Assembly (NCBI GenBank): GCA_028826165.1
Contig: JAPDFW010000136.1
Coordinates: forward strand, 124,001-188,000
Length of the DNA stretch: 64,000 nucleotides
Direction: 5' to 3'
DNA from: Anaeramoeba ignava BMAN
Taxonomy: Eukaryota > Protista > Anaeramoebae
Shown in pieces: positions 50,401 to 60,955 of the stretch (positions are counted from its first letter, which is position 1; every line of letters begins with the position of its first letter). A program made the translations under genes and the position numbers. Below the pieces are notes generated by a model. It did not search any database. It saw nothing but the letters and a program-made list of their open reading frames with translations, and had not been told where the DNA came from.

Positions 50401-52034
50401 GGTTTAAAAAATAATTTAATTCAATTCAAAATTAATTCAATTCAAAATTAATTCAATTCAAAATTAAATAAAATTAATTCAATTTAAAATTAAATAAAAT
50501 TAATTCAATTTAAAATTAATTCAATTCAAAATTAATTCAATTCAAAAATAATTCAATTCAAAATTAATTCAATTCAAAATTAATTCAATTCAAAATTAAT
50601 TCAATTCAAAATTAATTCAATTTAAAATTAATTCAATTCAAAATTAATTCAATTCAAAAATAATTCAATTCAAAATTAATTCAATTTAAAATTAATTCAA
50701 TTCAAAATTAATTCAATTCAAAATTAATTCAATTTAAAATTAATTCAATTCAAAATTAATTCAATTCAAAAATATTTCAATTTAAAATTAATTCAATTTA
50801 AAATTAATTCAATTTAAAATTAATTCAATTTAAAATTAATTCAATTTAAAATTAATTCAATTCAAAATTAATTCAATTCAATTCAAAAATATTTCAATTT
50901 AAAATTAATTCAATTTAAAATTAATTCAATTCAAAATTAATTCAATTCAAAATTAATTCAATTTAAAATTAATTTAATTTAAAATTAATTCAATTCAAAA
51001 TTAAATAAAATCAATTTAATTCAAAATTAATTCAATTTAAAATTAATTCAATTCAAAATTAGTTCAATTTAAAATAATTCAATTTAAAATTAATTCAATT
51101 TAAAATTAATTCAAAATTAATTTAATTCAAAATTAATTCAATTCAAAATTAATTCAATTTAAAATTAATTCAATTTAAAATTAATTCAATTTAAAATTAA
51201 TTTAATTTAAAAATTAATTCAATTTAAAATTAATTTAATTTAAAAATATATTTTAATTGCAAAAATAGAAACGTCCAAAATAAAATAAGAAAAATTGGAA
51301 CAGGATCAATTACATTATCACAAACAAATATTCGAAATCAAATCAAAAGAGAAACATATGTACGAGAAAAACTACAACAAAAAGTATTTCGAAATTGGAT
51401 CAATCATCAGTTAAAAAAAGGAGGATACGAAGATCTACTAGTAACTAATATTTGCAAAGATTTAAGCGATGGAATTGTATTATGTAGACTAGCAGAAATA
51501 ATAACACAAAAAACATTAAGAATTCATTTAAATCCAACAACAATATTGAAAAAATTAGACAATTTATCAACTTTTATAAACTTTATTCAACAAGAAGAAG
51601 TCAAACTAATGTTTGTTTCTCCAGAAGATATTCTTGATGGAAAAAAACAAAATATTATGTCTTTAATTTGGGCTCTTATTTATCAACTTGAAAATAAAAG
51701 TGAATCAAGAAGTGATTTGTTAAAGTGGGTCAGAGAATCATTGAAAAAAGTTAATATCGGTTCTCAAAGAATAGATAATTTTGATACTTGTTTTCAATCA
51801 GGAATTATTTTTAATGCTTTACTTTATTCAAAAAATCAAAACTTAATTGATCCTAAAAATTTAAGTCGAAATCAAAAAGATTTTTTTGACAACTTGAAAA
51901 TTGCTTTTGAAAATGCAAAAAATTTTTTTGGAATTGAGAATATTTTGGAACCTATTGATTTGATTGATTCTCCTGATGAACATTCAATTATGACTTTCTG
52001 CTTTTTATTGAAAAAGGCTTTTCAAAATTTGTAG
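47433..52034 (+). CDS. N/Q-rich protein with two RA/ubiquitin-like domains, a PH domain and C-terminal tandem calponin-homology domains, 2 exons
   Basis: Exon 1 47433-50401, intron 50402-51268, exon 2 51269-52034. RA-like VKVFLPDGTYRTFKI and RIYFEDGSFKTVQI; PH KWINTFLSLQGNRIYLF...YCFSCSS....GWK; CH1 QQKVFRNWINHQL...DLSDGIVLCRLAEI; CH2 LLKWVR...NFDTCFQSGIIFNALL...PDEHSIMT. Confidence 0.85.
50415..51245 (+). repeat. Intronic 16-bp repeat aattcaatt(c/t)aaaatt
   Basis: Intron 50402-51268. Confidence 0.9.
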
Positions 52035-52250
52035 TTTTTGGATTTCATTCAAAACTTAATATTTCATTTTCATTTTCTTTTTCTATTTCTTTTTTCTTTT
52101 TCTATTTTCTTTTTCTTTTTCTTTTTGGTAAAGTTTGTGAATTATTTTTGATTCAAATTTTAAAAAAAAAATCGGAAAAAAAATTCTTTTATTTTATTTC
52201 TTTTTTTTTTTCCTTTTTTTTTTTCATTTTTTTCATTTCTTTTATTTAAA

Positions 52251-55200
52251 ATGTCTTCAAAAGAAACTGAATATTATGATATTTTAGGAATTTTACCAAA
52301 TGCTTCTGAAGTAAAATTTAAAATTCTAATTGAAATATTTTATTAATTTATTTTATTTTTTATTTTTATTTTTTTATTTGAAGGATGAAATTAAAAAAGC
52401 TTTTAGATTATTAGCTTTAAAATATCATCCAGATAGAAATCCAAATGGAGGAGAAAAAGTAATTTACAAAAAAAAAGTGGAATAAAATTATATTAAATAT
52501 TAATTTAAATATTATATTAAATATTAATTTAAATATTATATTAAATATTAATTTAAATATTAATTTAAATATTAATTTAAATATTAATTTAAATATTAAT
52601 TTAAATATTAATTTAAATATTAATTTAAATATTAATTTAAATATTAATTTAAATATAAATTTAAATATTAATTTAAATATTAATTCTAAAAAAAAGTGGA
52701 TCATGTTAAATATTTTTTTTTGTTTATTCTTTTCAATTTAGTTTACACAAATATCTGAAGCTTATCAAATTTTAAGTGATCCAATAAAAAGAAAAGAATA
52801 TGATAATTATGGAAAACAAGGAAAACCACCTATTTTCACTTTTTTTGGTTTGTTTTTCTTTTTTTTTTTTTGATTGTTAATTTAGATTTTTAAATTTGAT
52901 TTTTATTAGAAAAAGAAAAAGAAAATCAAGAAAGAGGAGAAGATAATATTCAACAAATTGAAGTTTCTTTAGAAAATCTTTATAATGGAAAAAAAACAGA
53001 ATTTAAAATTAAAAAAGAAATTATTTGTCCAGAATGTAATGGGTAAATTAAAATTAAAATTAAAATTAAAATTAAAATTAAAATTAAAAATAAAATTAAA
53101 TTTAAAATTAAAATCAAAATTCAAATTAAAATTAAAATCAAAATTATAATTAAAATTAAAATTAAAATTAAAATTAAAATTAAAATTAAAATTAAAATTA
53201 AAATTAAAATTTAAAATTCGGAAAAAAATTTTATAAATCGGAAAAATATTTTATGTTAAAAAATAAATTAGAAAAGGTTCAACTTCTTCTGTAATTACTC
53301 AAAAATGTCTTGAATGTAGAGGAACTGGTTATTATATTTTTATGAGAGAAATTGGATTTGGACTCATTCAACAAGATAAAGCACAATGTCCTTTTTGTTT
53401 GGGAACTGGTGAAATTATTCCTGAAAAATTTAGATGCAAAAAATGTCAAGGAACAAAAATTGTTAAAGAAAAAAAGAAACTAGAAGTTTTTATTGATAAA
53501 GGAATGAAAGAAGGAGATAAAATTGTTTTTTATGGAGAAGGAAATCAACAAGTACTTTTTTTCCAATTAAAATCAAAATCAAAATCAAAATCAAAATTAA
53601 AATCAAAATCAAAATCAAAATTAAAATCAAAATTAAAATCAAAATCAAAATTAAAATTAAAATCAAAATTAAAATTAAAATCAAAATCAAAATCAAAATC
53701 AAAATCAAAATCAAAATTAAAATCAAAATAAAAATCAAAATCAAAATCAAAATTAAAATAAATCAAAATTAAAATCAAAATCAAAATTAAAATCAAAATC
53801 AAAAACAAATTCAAAATTAAAATTAAAATTAAAATCAAAATTAAAATTAAAATTAAAATTAAAATTAAAATTAAAATTAAAATTAAAATTAAAATTAAAA
53901 TTAAAATTAAAATCAAAATCAAAATCAAAATCAAAATTATAATCAAAATCAAAAATCAAAATCAAAATCAAAATCAAAATCAAAATCAAAATCAAAATCA
54001 AAATAAAATTGAAAATAAAATTGAAAATCAAAATTAAAATTATTATAATTAAAACCAAAATCAAAATCAAAATTAAAATAAATCAAAACCAAAATCAAAA
54101 TTAAAATCAAAATTAAAATTAAAATTTAAATTAAAATCAAAATTAAAATCAAAATCAAAATCAAAATCAAAATCAAAATCAAAATCAAAATTAAAATCAA
54201 AATCAAAATCAAAATCAAAATCAAAATCAAAATTGAAATCAAAATTGAAATTAAAATTAAAATCAAAATCAAAATCAAAATTAAAATCAAAATCAAAATC
54301 AAAATTATAATTATAATTAAAGGTTGGAATTTATCCAGGTGATGTTATTCTTATTATTAAAGAACAAAAGCATCCAATTTTTCAAAGAAGAGGAGTAGAT
54401 TTATATATGAAACATAAAATGAATTTAACAGATGCACTTTGTGGATTTGAATTTAAAGTTAAACATCTCGATGATTCAATTTTTGTAGTAAAATCAAAAG
54501 AAGGACAAATTATTAAACCAGGAGAAATTCTTGGAATTGAAGGAAAAGGAATGCCTTATAAAGAAAGACCTTATAAATTTGGAAATTTATTTATCAAGTT
54601 TCATGTCAAATTTCCTAATAAAGGATTTTTGAATCAAGAAAGAAAAGAAGTAATTTCCTTTTACAAATCTTTTGAGAAAACTTCATTTTTATTTTCTTCT
54701 TTTATTTTTTCTTCTAAATTCAAAATTTAGTTCCTCCAAAAACTTATGAATTTGGATAAATTTATTGGCAATATAAGTTTAAAGAAAATGAAAAAAGATA
54801 TTAAAAAAATGAACAAAGAGAGCAAATCAAAATCAAAATCAAAATCAAAAAATGAAAAGAAATTCAAATTGAAAAAAAAGGATGAAACTTCAAATAGTGA
54901 ATCAAATAATGAATCAAATAGTAAATCAAATAATGAATCAAATAATGAATCAAATAGTAAATCAAATAATGAATCAGATAGTGAATTAGATAGTGAATTA
55001 GATAGTGAATCAAATAATGAATCAAATAATGAATCAAATAATGAATCAAAAAGTGAATCAAAAAGTGAAACACAATCAGAAACTTATTCAGATTCTGAAT
55101 CAAAAAGTCAATCAAAAAGTCAATCAAATAGTAAATCAAAAAGTAAATCAAAAAGTAAATCAGATAATGAATTAGATAATGAATCAAAAAGTCAATCAAA

Positions 55201-55969
55201 AAGTAAATCAAAAAGTAAATCAAAAAGTAAATCAAAAAGTAAATCAAAAAGTCAATCAAAAAGTCAATCAAAAAGTAAATCAAAAAGTAAATCAAAAAGT
55301 CAATCAAAAAGTCAATCAAAAAGTCAATCAAAAAGTCAATCGAAAAGTAAATCAAAAAGTCAATCAAAAAGTAAATCAAAAAGTCAATCAAAAAGTCAAT
55401 CAAAAAGTAAATCAGATAATGAATTAGATAATGAATCAAAAAGTCAATCAAAAAGTCAATCAAAAAGTCAATCAAAAAGTCAATCAAAAAGTCAATCAAA
55501 AAGTAAATCAAAAAGTAAATCAGATAATGAATTAGATAATGAATCAAATAATGAATCAAATAGTGAATCAAATAATGAATCACATAGTGAATCAAATAGT
55601 GAATTAGATAGTGAATCAAATAGTGAATCAAATAATGAATCAAATAATGAATCAAATAGTGAATTAGATAATGAATTAGATAGTGAATCAGATAATGAAT
55701 TGAAAAGTGAATCAAACTCTGAATCTGAATCTGAATCTGAATCTGAAAAAGAAAAAGAAAAAGAAAAAGAAAAAAAATTGGATAATCGATCAATTTTTGA
55801 TGAAATTCTTGATTCTTATCATTATGAATATGAAGAAAATGATGATGGAGTACATTTTTTTACAGCAACTAAAATTAAACAAGATTCAAGAAATCAAAAT
55901 GATAGAAGAAATTATTTTGAAGAAAATTATAATGAGAGAATTCCAACAATGGGATGCGAACAAATGTGA
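52251..55969 (+). CDS. DNAJA: Class A J-domain co-chaperone (DnaJA/Ydj1-like) with a long Ser/Lys/Glu insertion and C-terminal CaaX, 7 exons
   Basis: Exons 52251-52310, 52384-52458, 52742-52847, 52910-53042, 53272-53551, 54323-54649, 54731-55969. YYDILG, KYHPDRN, four CxxCxGxG-type motifs, [24 protein letters not shown]; ends MGCEQM*. Confidence 0.93.
53565..54310 (+). repeat. Intronic (aaaatc/aaaatt)n
   Basis: DnaJA intron 5. Confidence 0.9.
54890..55745 (+). repeat. Coding 12-bp repeats ([16 protein letters not shown])
   Basis: In frame within the last DnaJA exon. Confidence 0.9.
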
Positions 55970-56310
55970 AAAAATATATTCCAAATTATTAAAAATATTC
56001 CAAAAATATATTCCAAAAATATATCCCAAATTATTAAATATATTCCAAAAATATATTCCAAAAATATATTCCAAAAATATATTCCAAATTATTAAATATA
56101 TTCCAAAAATATATTCCAAATTATTAAATATATTCCAAATTAAAAATATTCCAAATTAATAATAAAGAATAATTTTAAATCTTTCTTGTTTTAAATTGTT
56201 TTAAATTGTTTTTAAATTGTTTTAAATTGTTTTAAATTGTTTTTAAAAATTGTTTTAAATTGTTTTAAATTGTTTTAAATTGTTTTAAATTGTTTTAAAA
56301 ATTGGTTTTA
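55970..56310. repeat. 3' intergenic repeats (atatattccaaaa, then ttttaaattg)
   Basis: Two short arrays between convergent stop codons. Confidence 0.8.
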
Positions 56311-56376
56311 AATTTTAAGTTGTAAGTTTTAAATTGTAATTTTTAATTATAAATTGTAATTGTAAATTGAAAAAAT

Positions 56377-59300
56377 TTAAATATCATTCTTATGATCTCC
56401 ACTCATTTCAAAACGTTCTTTTTGAATAATTTTTCTTCCAATTCTTGATCTCAAACCTGGTTTTGGTTTTTCATCATTTTCTGAATCAACATCCAAATGA
56501 TCAGAATCATTTTCTTGTCCTGAATCACCACTTTCCAAATCTTCGAAAATAAGTTCCAAATTTTCAAGATTATTTTTCATTTCCAAAATATGTTGAAAAA
56601 ACATTTCGGGAAATAATTGAAGATCACCAAAATAAAAAACAAAAACAGAAGCATCAGAAAGAGAGTTATCAGTTGAATCCTCATCAGACTCATTGTCCGA
56701 ATCAGGAAAATAATACAATTCGATAAGTTTGTTTGAATTCAACTTCAAATTAATTGAAGAATAAGAAACAAGATTTCTGGAAGTTTGAGTGGAAATTTCA
56801 AGTTTGTTATTGTCCATCAAAATGGAAACAGGCTGGATCGGGGATCCATCAATAGAACAGTCTGCCTGTATGAAGTCGACAGAAAGAATGTCTTGGATCA
56901 CTGAAAGACCAAGAAGAACATGATAAAGTTGGATCAAATTACGCTCATCAAAATCGAACCGAGTTTTTTGGAAATTATTTTCGATTATCAAGTGATTTTT
57001 GGATTTTGTGAATTGAAACCCATTCTGGAGATTGATCCTGTTTTGTTTCTTCGTGGTTTCATTTGTGATTTCAATGCTTGTATTGATTATTCTCATGACA
57101 ACTGGAGTGACAGTGTTCATTTCCGAATTTACAAGTATTACATTGAAATTTCCAAGTGAATTAATAAGAAGAAGTTTTGATTCAATTGATTCGGGTTGAG
57201 TGATTTGTTTGGACAAAGTGTGCTGCTCAAAAATGGGGTATGTTGACAGTCTGATTGACTGAATAAAAGCGGATAAATCCTCAACGGAAAGAAATTTTAT
57301 AATGAAATCTGTGTTGAAATCAAAATTGATTTTCAAGGTTTGCGAGTGATTTGAAGGAATATAAAGGATTTCTGTGAATTTTGCAAAGTACGTTTTGAAA
57401 ATTTTTCTCTCCTTTTGCTTAATTGAAATGCCGTTGGGATGGATTTTCAGAAATCCGTTGCGAAAAGCGCCGATTGCATTTGAAAAGATGATTTTCATCT
57501 CCTTTTTTTCAATTGATTCATGTTTAAAGAAATCTTGACGTGAATTAAATCTCACAAGTTTGTCGATTAAATCTCTTGCTTTTTCTTGCGAATCAACTTG
57601 GAATTCCAGTTGCACAATTTGGTTCTCAATTCCAAATTCTTTTGTTTTGAATGAAATGGTGAATTTTTCATATGTTTCTTTTTCAAAAGAAAAATTAGTT
57701 CGATTTGGAATCAAATATTCTGTTGTTTGATCTGTATATGATTCTGTAACTAGCATTTTTCCAAAATAAAAGGAAATCTCACATTCGCCAAGATTTTCGT
57801 CGTTTTTCATCATGTTATTAACAGTTGCTTCGTTTTCTTTGTTCTTTTCAATTTGCAGAAGAGTTTGTGGATTCGAAAGAAAAATTTGGTAAATATTTTG
57901 AGTTCGAATGAATATTTTCTTAAAAGTCATCAAATCAATGATATTATAAAATTGGAGGGTGATAAATCTTTGGAATCCAAGAAGAAGTTGCAATTTTGTT
58001 TGGATAATTTTTTGGATTGGATTTTTGTTTTTAGAATTTTTGTTTTTAGAATTTTTGTCTTTAAAACTTTTCTCTTTAAAACTTTTCTCTTTAAAACTTT
58101 TCTCTTTAAAACTTTTCTCTTTAAAACTTTTCTCTTTAAAACTTTTCTCTTTAAAACTTTTCTCTTTAAAATTTTTCTCTTTAAAATCATTCTCAATAAA
58201 ATCAGTCACAATATTCAATTGAACAATCGATGAGAAATCAAGTGATAGTGAAAGTTCTTGATTATCACTTTGCAAAACACGATAATTTTCAAATTCATCA
58301 AGTTCATCCAAAATTTCACTTGAATCATCGTCTTGTGAAAATGCTTGAAATGTTGTGATTGTAAAAGTATCTGATTCAATAGTAACTTGAGCAGGGGTGT
58401 TTTCATGAGAAGATTGCATTATACATTCAAAGGTATATTTTTTCATTGAACTCCACCAAGATTGAATAAGTGGAGACACTTGCTTTCTTAAATTGTGGAA
58501 TTCAAGAAGAAATCCAGTATAAGCTTCATAAGAAGGGAATTTGACCAAAATAAACACGAATTCATCGAGCAAAAACTGATATTCAGTACATCTTCCAAAA
58601 GATTCAGCAAATAACTTGGAAAAAGCAGTGTAATTTCGTGATATTCTTTTGGATCCAAAAATAACTTCGAAATGATCTTGAAAAAGCGCAATTCTCGCGT
58701 CGGAAAAATATCTGCGAAAAGAATCAAGAACGGATACGTGATAGACACTTGCGTCTTCTGAAGTCAATTTCGTCATTTTTTCTCCATCAAGAATTTCTTC
58801 GATCACATACTCGTTTTTTTTATTCAAAGAAATATTTTTTGTTTCTTGGGTTTGAGATGGTGTGATCAGAAAATAATCGTGGAATTCAGCTTCAATTCTT
58901 TGTGTTAATATGTGCTCCTTTTCGGTTTTCATTTGCCGAATCAAAGAAATGATGTTCACAAACAAATCTCTTTCAAATGAATTTTTCATCAAGAAAACAA
59001 TTTTTTTGAATGAAGTTGCTTGAAATATAAGGTGATTTGGTTTGTATTCATGAATATAAATGATTTGGTCGTTGTTATTTAAAGAGAAACTAAAATTTGT
59101 TGGTTGAATTTTGATTTGATTTCTTAATCGATTTTGATATTGATTTTGATTTTGATTTTTATTTTGATTTTGATTTTGATTTTGATTTTGATATTGATTT
59201 TGATATTGATTTTGATATTGATTTTGATTTTGATTTTGATTTTCATTTTCATTTTCATTTTCATTTTCATTTGCATTTTTGATCCGAATTGTATTCAAAC

Positions 59301-60883
59301 TAATGTCCATTTTTACTGCTTCTTCTCCATTTTCTGTCGATATTACAAGTTCAAAATATTCATGTTGATTCACAAGAAATTTTTTCAACCGATTTTGCAT
59401 CTCTTCAATTGAAGAAGATACAACTTGCAAATAGGGATATTGCAAACGGAAATCATTGATGATTGGCGAATGAAGCTGTTTTTGAATTACTTTGGGATTG
59501 CCTTTTTTGTTAAACTGAGAAAAAAAGTAACTTTTCATTGAAAATTTTTGATCCAATTTTTTAAGTGATTCCTCGACATAACTTGTCCTTGTTTCAAATG
59601 AAGTCAAATCATTAGCAGTTGCTAATGGGTCGTGTGTTAATGAAGACGAGATTGGTTTTTTATTGTACAAAATTTGGTAATCTTCATTCATAAACTCAGT
59701 AACACATCTCAATATCAAATCACACTGTGTTTTTGATTTGCATAAAATTTCGATTCTTTTTGTGATTTTCTTTCTGAGAATCAAATACAACGTTGATTCA
59801 TTGATCGAATTTGCCAGCTTGATTTCGACAAGATCCTTTTTATAGCCAAAATGGATCACTTTCTTTTGGGATGTGGATGATATTAGTCCATATTTTCTTG
59901 AAACTGATAAAAATCCAGGTTCAATTTTTTCCGAATTGTGAATTTTAGTCACAATTTCAATTTGGAAATATGCATGTCCTTGGAAACAAATGCGCGAGAA
60001 AAGCGCGTCGAATTCTGTCTCTTCTCCAAGTATTTGTGAGTGAATCGGATAGTTCTCGACTTTGTCGCCTGTGTACCATTGAAACATCTGAAAAATCTTA
60101 ATAATTTCAAAACATTCATTTTTATTGTTTGATTTGATGTCAAAACTGAGTGAATCATCCGTTTGCAGATGAATTATACACTCTTGATTCTCGTTTTCCG
60201 AGTCCGAATCACTTAGTTCATTTTCGGACGTGTTTTTCCTTATGATTCTTGATATTGGTTCGGGTAAATAGACGAATTTATGAGATCCAAGATGAAAAAT
60301 GTCAATTTTATAATATGATCTTGTCAATTTGATTTTTGACGGAAATTCAAGTTTTCCTTCTTTGTCTAATACAGAGACTTGATATACTCCTTTTCCAAAT
60401 GCAAAATGGTTCATTATTTTTGATAGTGATTTTTCATTTGATTTTGTTGTTGTTGATATTAATGATTCAAGTGTTTTTTCTTTGTTTTTTGGTTCAAGAA
60501 TTTCTAAAAGTTGTTGCATAATTGGTATAAAATAATTGAGTTTGTTTTCTGTTGTAATTTTTGATGGATCTTGAAGTAGTTCTTGTTTGATTTGGAAAAA
60601 TTTTGAAATGTTATTAATACTTTCTATATTTGTTTGCCAATTATTTCTATTTTAAAAAAAAAAAAAAGAATTAAAAAAATAACGGAATTTTTAATTTGAT
60701 TTTTTGATTTAATTTTATTTACTTGTCAATTTGTATTGTTGGAATATTTGGTGATTTAAGTATATTTATAGTTTTGCACCAAATTATAGAAAGTTGTAAA
60801 ATTGATAAATATTCATTTACTTTTTCTTGTGTAATTTCTGAAACTTTTTGAAAAATATTTAAAGGTTGTGAATTAATTATCAT
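56377..60883 (-). CDS. Large (about 1475 aa) protein with a degenerate CH-like N-terminus and multiple PH-like repeats, 2 exons
   Basis: ATG at 60883, exon 1 60883-60723, intron 60722-60647, exon 2 60646-56377 in frame with the 1380-aa ORF. Repeats such as YQVSVLDKEGK...KIKL and YHVSVLDSFRR...ARIALFQDHF resemble those in the 12850 and 21312 proteins. Confidence 0.75.
58060..58186 (-). repeat. Coding 15-bp repeat (KEKSF) x~8
   Basis: tttaaaacttttctc repeats in frame in the large minus-strand ORF. Confidence 0.9.
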
Positions 60884-60955
60884 TTTTAATAAAAAAATTA
60901 AAATTAAAAAGAAAAAAATGATTTTTTTATTTTAAAAAAAAAAAAAGTTTATTTT

